Program-made: the position numbers and the translations under genes | Source: a virus | Strand: one strand, 5' to 3' | IMG/VR virus record: IMGVR_UViG_3300031853_000142 | Coordinates: 1 to 36,062 of that record | Length of the DNA: 36,062 nucleotides | The notes under the pieces: generated by a model | What the model was told of the DNA's origin: nothing | What the model saw: the letters and a program-made list of their open reading frames with translations, nothing else | Databases searched by the model: none | Shown here: piece by piece, positions 6,401 through 14,306 of the stretch | How positions within the stretch are numbered: the first letter of the stretch is position 1 | How the letters are laid out: each line of letters begins with the position of its first letter

Positions 6401-7993
6401 ATGACAAAGAAATCTGATAGTTTTATAGTGACAATCGACAATGAAAAAGAGTACCATGTTATCGACCAGTTAGAACTCGATAAATATGCAATGAAAGCGG
6501 ATATTGACCCTGCGACTGGGAGCAAACAGGTAGTGGATGAAACTTACAGGATGGGGCATAACATCCTCAATCCGAAATATAACCCATACGATTTAGTGGC
6601 TTTACTAGATTTGTACACTTATCATGCGAGTTGTGTTGAAGCGGTCGCAATGGATGTCAGCGGTATCAGTTACACATTGAAACCAATAGAAGGTACTGAG
6701 CCAATCGAGGTGGAAAAGGAACGTTTCATTACTGTGTTAGATAATTGTACCCCAAGTATTAATACTCATTTGCAACGCCTTGTTTATGACCGCAGAACAA
6801 TCGGCTATGGTGCTTTGGAAGTGATACGGGAGGATAAGTCTGATTCTGATATTATAAGGTTGAAGCATATTCCTGCACAGACATTAAGAAGACACGCCGA
6901 CCTTAAAAGAGTATTGCACACTACACCATCTGGCAAGCGAGTATGGTTCGTGATTTATGGCAAGAATTATGATGAGTATGGTAACAAGTGTGATGTTCAT
7001 GCAGATACTGGTGAATTCCACCCATATAATTCATTGGAGCCTCATGAGAAAGCCAACGAATTACTATGGAGTATGGAGTATTCACCAGGGACCAACTATT
7101 ACGGCAGACCTCCAATAGTCAGTTGTCTTGGCAGTATTAAGGGGGATATTGGAGCAGTCAAATACAATAATAGTTTCTTTGAGAATTATGGAATGCCGAA
7201 GTTTGCTATTACTGTTACTGGTGACTTCGCAGATTATGATGTGGATCCAGATGATGAAGATTATGACATCACACAGACTTTAAGGTATAAGATTGGTCAG
7301 CAGATTAAGGAAGTTATTAAGAACCCACACTCCGCTATTTGTATTACCATTCCAAGTGAGGGTGAAGAGGGTAATGTTGACTTGCAGATTACTCCATTAA
7401 GTGTGCAGACGGAGGAGGGTCATTTCCGTATGTATCGTAAGGATACCCGTGATGAGGTTATTCATGCTCACCACATGGACCCAAGCCGTCTCGGTGTATT
7501 CGACTCCGGTAACCTGAACGGCAGTAACTCCGAAGCGACTATGAGCAGTTACAAATATGGCACTATTGCTCCAATCAAGGCAGAAATGGAGTCATTGATT
7601 AATCAAATTGGAACCGAATTAGGAATCACTAGTTGGAAGTTCTGTATTGAAGAAGTGGCACCAATCGACTACACAAAGGATTTAGCATTAGCGGAGTTCC
7701 TGTTTGCAAGGGGTGCTATGACTATTAAGGAATTGATTGATAATTTCGGTGGTAAATTCGGACTAACCATGGAAGACCCAGATGACTACTACCTGAATGC
7801 AAGATACATGAATGGTCAACCATTGGACATATTATGGGGAAATGTGGAAGACAATCCAAACCTTGAATATGATACAATACTCAGCTCAATAGAAGATACA
7901 TTCAGAGGAGAAACTAATCATGAAAACATCACTGGAGAAGAAGAGGAAACTGATAGCATCATTAGTGACAAGGAAGAGGTCACAACTGAATGA
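6401..7993 (+). CDS. Portal protein
   Basis: Follows terL; YYGRPPI, NNSFFENYGMPKFAITV and DEVIHAHHMDPSRLG are typical portal motifs. Confidence 0.92.
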   Translation: MTKKSDSFIVTIDNEKEYHVIDQLELDKYAMKADIDPATGSKQVVDETYRMGHNILNPKYNPYDLVALLDLYTYHASCVEAVAMDVSGISYTLKPIEGTEPIEVEKERFITVLDNCTPSINTHLQRLVYDRRTIGYGALEVIREDKSDSDIIRLKHIPAQTLRRHADLKRVLHTTPSGKRVWFVIYGKNYDEYGNKCDVHADTGEFHPYNSLEPHEKANELLWSMEYSPGTNYYGRPPIVSCLGSIKGDIGAVKYNNSFFENYGMPKFAITVTGDFADYDVDPDDEDYDITQTLRYKIGQQIKEVIKNPHSAICITIPSEGEEGNVDLQITPLSVQTEEGHFRMYRKDTRDEVIHAHHMDPSRLGVFDSGNLNGSNSEATMSSYKYGTIAPIKAEMESLINQIGTELGITSWKFCIEEVAPIDYTKDLALAEFLFARGAMTIKELIDNFGGKFGLTMEDPDDYYLNARYMNGQPLDILWGNVEDNPNLEYDTILSSIEDTFRGETNHENITGEEEETDSIISDKEEVTTE

Positions 7994-8843
7994 GCGAAAA
8001 CTTGAACGTGAAATCAGCCGATACTTCAAAGGTTTAGAAGAAGAAATCCTTGAGAATCTTGATGAATACTGGACCGATTACCAGTTAATGCAAGGACAAA
8101 TCAACCTAATCAAACAACCCATACTCGACAGTCACCAAGACTACTATGAGATACTTGAAAAGTATAATAAACGGGAATATCAAATCGGAACCGATGAAGG
8201 CAAACGATTAGTCGAATACGCCACCGGCAAACACTCCGAAAAGGGGATACTTGACATAATCAAAATGACCGCCAGTAGATACAACCTATTCGGAACATTA
8301 CGATGGACCGAACAAACATTACTGGAACGATTATTCATTGCAAGTCAATCTACACTTGAAAAGGTTGATGAGAACATTAACGAAATAATCAGTGAGGGAT
8401 ACCGTAGTGGTAAAGGAATCAATTATGTTCGAAGCAAGATACGTGAACGATTCACACAGTTACGAACATGGGAAGCAACCAGGATAGCAAGAACTGAAAT
8501 CCACACTGCCCATAATGAGGGAATAATGCGAACCTATGATGAAATGAATGTGTCCTATACTCAATGGATTGCCCATATTGATAATCGTACAAGACCAAGT
8601 CACGGCGGAAGAGTCAAAGGCAAGAAAAGCACTGCACATTCAGTTAGCAATGTCAATGGTGAAATCATACCATTCGGCGGAACATACTCCAATGGATTGG
8701 CTTATCCGGGTGACAAGTCCGGACCAATAGAGGAATGGATTAATTGTAGGTGCAGTAATGCTCCTTTCGTAGTGCCGTATGGGTATATGGCACCAAGTTT
8801 CAGTCCGTTCCGTGAGTCCGACCTTATACCGATTAATAAATGA
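7920..8843 (+). CDS. Minor head morphogenesis protein (SPP1 gp7/Mu F family)
   Basis: ATRIARTE, QWIAHIDNRTRPSH and INCRC motifs. Confidence 0.9.
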   Translation: MKTSLEKKRKLIASLVTRKRSQLNERKLEREISRYFKGLEEEILENLDEYWTDYQLMQGQINLIKQPILDSHQDYYEILEKYNKREYQIGTDEGKRLVEYATGKHSEKGILDIIKMTASRYNLFGTLRWTEQTLLERLFIASQSTLEKVDENINEIISEGYRSGKGINYVRSKIRERFTQLRTWEATRIARTEIHTAHNEGIMRTYDEMNVSYTQWIAHIDNRTRPSHGGRVKGKKSTAHSVSNVNGEIIPFGGTYSNGLAYPGDKSGPIEEWINCRCSNAPFVVPYGYMAPSFSPFRESDLIPINK

Positions 8844-8870
8844 AAATTCTCACCTATCTTTTTTTTAAAC

Positions 8871-8925
8871 TGCTTTGAGTGTATAATAGAAAGCCCCACA
8901 ATAAAAGGAAGGTACAGGGGCTTTC
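8871..8925 (+). promoter_or_regulatory. Putative late promoter/leader, copy 2, followed by a 9-bp hairpin
   Basis: TGCTTTGAGTGTATAATA at 8871-8888; GAAAGCCCC (8889-8897) pairs with GGGGCTTTC (8917-8925); precedes the protease-capsid operon. Confidence 0.6.
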
Positions 8926-8930
8926 GGAAA

Positions 8931-9971
8931 TTGATGCGTATGAAAACAATAAAAACACTAACCGATGGCACAATCCTACTAACAGCCCCCGTAATGATAC
9001 CAGGAGCAAAAGACTGCGACTACGAGAATGGGGAAGAGCCTTTAACCGAAACCCAAATCCGTGAATTCGCAAAAACCTACCAAGACTACGGCTTCATAGA
9101 CCACGAACACGGACTAACCAGAAACGGCGAACGGATAGGAGTGCCAGTCAACTCATTCTTACTAACAGAAGACACTACCATGACCACCATAGATGGATCC
9201 ATGAAATCATATCCTAGGGGGTCATGGTTTGTCACTTCACATATAACCCAACCCCAAGCAATTGAGACGGCTTTGGGTGGTGGTTATACTGGGTATAGTG
9301 CTAGTGTCTTCACCAGGTCACGGGCGGACGAGTACCTAGCCGCACTAAAAAGCGATAAGAGTACTCCGATGCCTTGCAGTTGTAAAGATGTTAGTAGCTC
9401 AGGCAACAGCTTAATTAAGGATGTGCCTGACCCAGTAGTACTATCAGTAAGCCTAGTGAAATCTCCTTGCTTGCATGATAGCCAATTCTGTGAAGTAAAT
9501 GGTGATATAATGGAAAACCAGGAAGATGTAAAATCATTAAAATCTAAGGTGCTCTCTGCTATGGGCATGACCGAGGAGGCAGAAGTCCTTGCATTGAAAA
9601 GTGAAGTTGCAGATATGCAGGCTACACTTGAACAATTAAAAAAAGACTTCAATGATGCACTCAAAACCCTGCAGGAAGAGTTCACCAAGACTTTAACTGA
9701 AGCTTTAACTCCAGTGGATGAAGAGGAACCAGAGGAAGCTGAAGCCGAAACTGAAGCCGAAGCCTCTGCAGAGAAATCCCTGGAAGAACCAGTTAAAGAA
9801 GAAGAAGAAGAAGTAGTAGAAACCGAAGAAGAAGCGGCCGAAGAACCGGTAGCTGAAAAAGGCGAATCCAAAGCAGAACCAGTACATGACAACCTTTCTG
9901 CTGAGAAGAGTAAGCCTGTTAATATTTATGAAATCATGGGCAAAAACCCTGATGGAACACGTAAAAAATAA
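8931..9971 (+). CDS. Prohead protease (XkdF-like serine protease) fused to scaffold; start 8931/8934/8940 uncertain
   Basis: IDHEH, PRGSW and GGYTGYS motifs; Glu/Ala-rich coiled-coil C-terminal half; directly upstream of the capsid gene. Confidence 0.85.
   Translation: MMRMKTIKTLTDGTILLTAPVMIPGAKDCDYENGEEPLTETQIREFAKTYQDYGFIDHEHGLTRNGERIGVPVNSFLLTEDTTMTTIDGSMKSYPRGSWFVTSHITQPQAIETALGGGYTGYSASVFTRSRADEYLAALKSDKSTPMPCSCKDVSSSGNSLIKDVPDPVVLSVSLVKSPCLHDSQFCEVNGDIMENQEDVKSLKSKVLSAMGMTEEAEVLALKSEVADMQATLEQLKKDFNDALKTLQEEFTKTLTEALTPVDEEEPEEAEAETEAEASAEKSLEEPVKEEEEEVVETEEEAAEEPVAEKGESKAEPVHDNLSAEKSKPVNIYEIMGKNPDGTRKK
9510..9971 (+). CDS. Putative nested in-frame scaffolding protein (153 aa)
   Basis: GGTGAT SD at 9501-9506 before an in-frame ATG at the protease/coiled-coil boundary. 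Confidence 0.6.
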   Translation: MENQEDVKSLKSKVLSAMGMTEEAEVLALKSEVADMQATLEQLKKDFNDALKTLQEEFTKTLTEALTPVDEEEPEEAEAETEAEASAEKSLEEPVKEEEEEVVETEEEAAEEPVAEKGESKAEPVHDNLSAEKSKPVNIYEIMGKNPDGTRKK

Positions 9972-9997
9972 ACCCCCTATTTTGAGGTATGATATTT

Positions 9998-10999
9998 ATG
10001 GTGAATGAACATATTTTATCCCAAATCGTAAACGAACAAGAACGCGAAGTTTTTAAATCAATGAGAATTGATATGAATACTGCAAAAGCATTATTGAATG
10101 ATGAGCAGTTTGCCACCTTTATGCGTGCTGCTACTATCAGTCAAACCATGTTAGCAGATGCAAGTTTCCGCCGTATGAACAGTACCAGCCAAGTGGTATC
10201 CAGTACCAAAATCGTTGGCAGAGTATTACAAAACGGTTACGATTCTAACGGTGACACTCAAGACCAATTAACCGAAGCAACCATCGGTTTCGGTAAAGCA
10301 GAGTTAAACGCTAAAAAATTAAAAGCAAAAACCAGCATCCTCGATGATGACAAGGAAGACAACATTGAACAAGCTCAATTCGAACAAACCTTACTCAGTA
10401 TGATGGGTGAAGCAGTAGGTGTAGACCTTGAAGCATTAGCGGTCTATGGTGACACTACCAAGACCGGACTCTTCGGTGTTACTAATGGATGGTTAAAAGG
10501 AGCAACCAACCACATCGTACAAGGAACCGATTACGATGTAACCACCAAAGGCATTACTGACTTGTTCAATCAAGCATTATACAAATTACCTGAAGCATAC
10601 AGACAAGCAAACCTCATGAAAGACCTTGTCTTCTATGTACCTTTCGAAGTTTACGAAGCATACAGAAACTTCCTCATTGATCGTGAAACCGGATTAGGAG
10701 ACTCTAGTTTATTGAATGCTGATGAATTAAAATACAAAGGAATCCCAGTAAAATACGCACCAGTCCTTGATGCAGCAGATGGAAGAACCTCCTACGGCAA
10801 AGTTGCAGGCTGTGTACTCACTGTGCCTGAATTCCTTTGGTACGGCGTCTGGCGTGACCTTAGCGTGGAGCCTAATCGTGTTGTCGCTGAAGAAAAAACC
10901 GAGTATTTCTACCGTATTAGATGCGATGCAAGTCTCCAATGGACTGATGCTATCGTTGTCGCGGACATGACCGCAGCTGAAGCAGCAGCATTATTATAA
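9998..10999 (+). CDS. Major capsid protein (HK97 fold)
   Basis: Position, size and motifs (LNAKKLKAKTSILDDDKEDNIE, GWLKGA); GAGGT SD favours ATG 9998. Confidence 0.9.
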   Translation: MVNEHILSQIVNEQEREVFKSMRIDMNTAKALLNDEQFATFMRAATISQTMLADASFRRMNSTSQVVSSTKIVGRVLQNGYDSNGDTQDQLTEATIGFGKAELNAKKLKAKTSILDDDKEDNIEQAQFEQTLLSMMGEAVGVDLEALAVYGDTTKTGLFGVTNGWLKGATNHIVQGTDYDVTTKGITDLFNQALYKLPEAYRQANLMKDLVFYVPFEVYEAYRNFLIDRETGLGDSSLLNADELKYKGIPVKYAPVLDAADGRTSYGKVAGCVLTVPEFLWYGVWRDLSVEPNRVVAEEKTEYFYRIRCDASLQWTDAIVVADMTAAEAAALL

Positions 11000-11013
11000 G
11001 TAGGTGATGTGGT

Positions 11014-11154
11014 ATGGCAGAAAAGAAAACTGCTAAAAAAGCAGCACCAAAAAAACAATCTGAGTTATTACCTTTTGATGAATTGCCAATAGTGGTAAAA
11101 CGTAACCGTAAACTTTTATACGAATATATTAGGACTGGAGAATTACCAAACTAA
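11014..11154 (+). CDS. Small Lys-rich protein (46 aa, MAEKKTAKKAAPKKQ...)
   Basis: AGGTGAT SD; located between the capsid gene and a T-tract; not in the ORF track. Confidence 0.7.
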   Translation: MAEKKTAKKAAPKKQSELLPFDELPIVVKRNRKLLYEYIRTGELPN

Positions 11155-11167
11155 ACATCTCCATTCC

Positions 11168-11190
11168 TTTTAATTATTTTTTTTTATTAT
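11168..11190 (+). terminator. Oligo-T terminator-like tract after the capsid operon
   Basis: T-run downstream of the stop; archaeal terminators are oligo-T. Confidence 0.5.
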
Positions 11191-11204
11191 ATGGTGAATA
11201 ATTT

Positions 11205-11603
11205 ATGTGGATTAGTGTAGATGACGTAATCAATTTCACAGGTTTAAAACCAAAGCATTTAAATCTTGAAAAAGACGACACCACAGGATTAAATAACATA
11301 GTATCCGATTGGATTAATCAATCACAGGATTTGATTAACGTGTACACTAATCGGAACTATACAGATGCAACCGTAAGAGATGCCATCCGCAATGTTTGTC
11401 TAAGATTAACCAGTAACATGGTAAGTCTTGCCATACAGAAAAGGGATTCCCCGATTATTAAGGTGAATGACTGGACAATCCAAAACGTATCTTCAGACAT
11501 TTTTACTGAAGAATTGAAACATGATCTAAAACCATTCATCAAAGACAGTAGTAACGATAAAGACAGCATCGGCATATTAGCCATAACCGGTAGTGATGAG
11601 TAA
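11205..11603 (+). CDS. Head-tail adaptor (gp6/gp15-like)
   Basis: Position after the capsid gene; N-terminal SVDDVINF and helical DAIRNVCLRLTSNM pattern. Confidence 0.7.
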   Translation: MWISVDDVINFTGLKPKHLNLEKDDTTGLNNIVSDWINQSQDLINVYTNRNYTDATVRDAIRNVCLRLTSNMVSLAIQKRDSPIIKVNDWTIQNVSSDIFTEELKHDLKPFIKDSSNDKDSIGILAITGSDE

Positions 11604-12013
11604 TGGTTCAAATTGATGTGGACTTGTCCCATTTGAAAAGCTTTGGAGCAGGAATCCCTGAAGTCCAGAAACGTGGATTGGAATTAACTGCATTGGACTT
11701 AATCGGTAAGTTAATGCGGAACAGTCCAGTCGACCATGGATTATTGAAACAATGGGCAATCACCAAACGCTCCAGTGACAGTATCACTGTACAATCCCCT
11801 GCAAAATATGCAGCGGCACAGAACTATGGTACAAAACCATATATGCTCCGACCGAAGAATAAGAAAGCATTACACTGGGATGGAAAATACTTCAGTAAAG
11901 GACATATGATGCCAGCAAGACCTGGAAAACACTTCGTTGAAAGGAGCATTGAACAAGTGCAACCAAGAATACAGAATCATTTCAAAGTAGCGATTAGGGA
12001 AGTGTTAATGTGA
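11603..12013 (+). CDS. Tail completion/head-tail protein (HK97 gp10-like)
   Basis: SPVDHGLLK, YAAAQNYGT, MPARPGKHFVE motifs. Confidence 0.8.
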   Translation: MVQIDVDLSHLKSFGAGIPEVQKRGLELTALDLIGKLMRNSPVDHGLLKQWAITKRSSDSITVQSPAKYAAAQNYGTKPYMLRPKNKKALHWDGKYFSKGHMMPARPGKHFVERSIEQVQPRIQNHFKVAIREVLM

Positions 12014-12522
12014 CCGTAAACATAGTAACTGGTTTTGAGAAAATCAATGAGATAATGCAAACCTGCATAACAACCGAAATGACAGAGGACGGTTTATTAT
12101 CTGATGTTGAAACCTTTGTCAACACTTACTATGATGAAGGCAGTGTCGATGAACCAGTAATATGGATGACACAACACCCCACAACTGCGGACAGACAAGC
12201 CGACATCAGTCAAACAATGCAATTAATCACTCCCTTCGAATTCGATTGCGGAGTCTACGATAATGACATGGACACTGCCGATTTGGAAAGTCAAAACCTT
12301 GCAGGTAGAGTCATACTCTCAATACTAAGGAATTGGCAACGAACTCAAGCCGAAGTATTGCCTGGACAAAGAATGATAACTAATGTCACATTAGAAACCT
12401 ACAGTCCAGTCGGTTATGTAGATGTCACAGGCAAATCAGATAAAGTCCCGGTGACTGGTGTAATCTTGAATATTCATCATATTATTAATTGGAAATTATG
12501 TTTAAAACAATTAGGAGCTTAA
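12010..12522 (+). CDS. Probable tail terminator protein
   Basis: Position between the gp10-like and tail tube genes; size. Confidence 0.55.
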   Translation: MTVNIVTGFEKINEIMQTCITTEMTEDGLLSDVETFVNTYYDEGSVDEPVIWMTQHPTTADRQADISQTMQLITPFEFDCGVYDNDMDTADLESQNLAGRVILSILRNWQRTQAEVLPGQRMITNVTLETYSPVGYVDVTGKSDKVPVTGVILNIHHIINWKLCLKQLGA

Positions 12523-12526
12523 AATT

Positions 12527-13582
12527 ATGGTAGATAGAGGATTTGGATTAGAACTTGAAAGCACCTACGCCGACACTACTGTTGCCAAATCAAGTTTTGA
12601 CCCTGATTGGTGGAATCAAGCCGAGGATGTTGATTTCAACCTTGGTGATGAACCAGTATTAAGGTCAGGTGGTTCCCGTATGAACCGTCGTGCTCGTGCA
12701 GGTATCATGAAACCATCCGGTAGTACTACTGCTGATGCAGACTTGCAACAATTGGCTTGGTATTTCCGTGGTTTCCTTGATAATTATAAGTATACTGCTG
12801 GTAGTGGTAGTGTGCATACTCATGAGTACTGGGGCGGTGAAGGTAAGGAGTTACCATCTTTCCGTGGTATCGCAGTGTATGATATGCTCAAGAAATACCT
12901 TTATGGATTGTTAGAGGATAAATTAAGTCTTGAAGTGTCCGATGAAGGAATGACAGTACAAGCAGACTGGATATACAGTACTGAAAAAGCAGGCATCATT
13001 GGAACTGATGATACTTTCACTCGTCCTGATGAATTAACCAACGAGCAAATATTCATCATGTTCTACGATGTTGGTTTGAAAATGGGAACTGACGGTCAAG
13101 GTAACCTTAAAGACTTGGACGGTGTTAGCACTGCTTTCAGTTATGAGGGTAACAACAACCATGATGTGGACGGTACAATTGGATTAGGTAGCAGATATCC
13201 ACAGAAACGTGCACAGGCTGGTAAACGTGAAAACACAATAAGCATTACAACCACATTAACAAGTGACACAGTAAGGAGTATCCTTGATGCTCAGTATGGT
13301 GAAGTGAATGCATTAGAACCATCTGCTTGTAGATTATTACAAGTGCCACTGCAAGTCCGTATTGCTCATTGTGAAGCAAGTGACTTGGAATGCATTATAT
13401 TCTTCCCTAAATGTACATTAAGAGTAGAGTATACTATGAGTGGTGTTGATGCTATTGAAACCACCATTACATTAGATACTCTCGGTTCAGGTACTGCAAC
13501 ATTAGCAGATGGAACCACTGAAGTGGAAACGGATATGTACGTTAAATTAGTTAATAACCAAGAAGAACTCATTGCCAACTAG
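12527..13582 (+). CDS. Major tail tube protein
   Basis: Position; beta-rich acidic sequence; GLGSRYPQKRAQAGKRE pattern; followed by chaperone and tape measure genes. Confidence 0.8.
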   Translation: MVDRGFGLELESTYADTTVAKSSFDPDWWNQAEDVDFNLGDEPVLRSGGSRMNRRARAGIMKPSGSTTADADLQQLAWYFRGFLDNYKYTAGSGSVHTHEYWGGEGKELPSFRGIAVYDMLKKYLYGLLEDKLSLEVSDEGMTVQADWIYSTEKAGIIGTDDTFTRPDELTNEQIFIMFYDVGLKMGTDGQGNLKDLDGVSTAFSYEGNNNHDVDGTIGLGSRYPQKRAQAGKRENTISITTTLTSDTVRSILDAQYGEVNALEPSACRLLQVPLQVRIAHCEASDLECIIFFPKCTLRVEYTMSGVDAIETTITLDTLGSGTATLADGTTEVETDMYVKLVNNQEELIAN

Positions 13583-13594
13583 ATGGCAATACCC

Positions 13595-13618
13595 TTTCTT
13601 CTTTATATTTTTTTTTAT
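13595..13618 (+). terminator. Oligo-T terminator-like tract after the tail tube gene
   Basis: Pyrimidine/T-run in a short intergenic gap. Confidence 0.45.
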
Positions 13619-13645
13619 TAGTGAATTACCAAGAAGTGAAATATT

Positions 13646-14056
13646 ATGGCAGTGTTAACTAAATCGGATATCTTATCTGGAATCAAAAAAGTACAAAAAA
13701 TCAAAATCGAAACATTAAACGGCGAACTATGGCTAAGACCACTAACATCAGCCGAAGTCAACGAAATCCTAAACATCGAAGCACAAGGATACGGAACATT
13801 CAACGCATCCAACAATCGTGGACAAACAATGGCAGATGGAAAAATGAACCTAGCCAAACTACAAGAAAAACAAGCCGAAGCAAAATACCAAGCAATCTAC
13901 AAATCAATCAACAATGACAAAGGCGATGAATGGACAATCGATGAAATCAAAGAATTCAAAGCCAATGCAGTAGATGAGATTTATGATCATATCATGGAAA
14001 TTTCAGGAGCAAATGTCAAAGAGGCAGATGTGAAAAAATTTCCTGAAAACGAATGA
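13646..14056 (+). CDS. Tail assembly chaperone (short form)
   Basis: Position between tail tube and tape measure; ends in AAA AAA TTT CCT GAA AAC GAA TGA. Confidence 0.8.
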   Translation: MAVLTKSDILSGIKKVQKIKIETLNGELWLRPLTSAEVNEILNIEAQGYGTFNASNNRGQTMADGKMNLAKLQEKQAEAKYQAIYKSINNDKGDEWTIDEIKEFKANAVDEIYDHIMEISGANVKEADVKKFPENE

Positions 14057-14231
14057 AGCAAAACAGATAATCATCTTTGAAGATAAAGGCTATAAGTTAG
14101 CCACTACACAATCGGACCTAACCTTGCCACAGGAAGTATTCTTAGCACTTGGTTGGGAATGGTTGGAAAATGAACGTGAAAAACAAAGGAAAAAACAAGA
14201 ACAAAAAGCAAAAGCAAAACATAGGCGATAA
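14034..14231 (+). CDS. Tail assembly chaperone frameshift extension (65 codons, no start codon, +1/-2 frame)
   Basis: Open frame KNFLKTNEAKQIIIFEDKGYKL...KAKHRR* begins right after an in-frame TGA (14031-14033) and overlaps the chaperone 3' end; not in the ORF track. Confidence 0.75.
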   Translation, partial: KNFLKTNEAKQIIIFEDKGYKLATTQSDLTLPQEVFLALGWEWLENEREKQRKKQEQKAKAKHRR

Positions 14232-14306
14232 ATGGAAGATTACCTACACTACTCTCTATTTATTGCCTTTTTTTATTAAACAAATTTTATAGGAATAGGG
14301 TAATAT

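Noticed and set aside
9284-9892. Long antisense ORFs (9284-9892, 5971-6525, 15287-16462 group, 20876-21292, 31944-32327 and others)
   Set aside because: Shadows of sense-strand codon bias (Ser-rich mirrors of Glu/Ala tracts); no SD or motifs, unlike the +1 ORF in the MTase
14036-14046. Canonical -1 tail-chaperone frameshift
   Set aside because: The -1 frame hits TGA at 14044-14046
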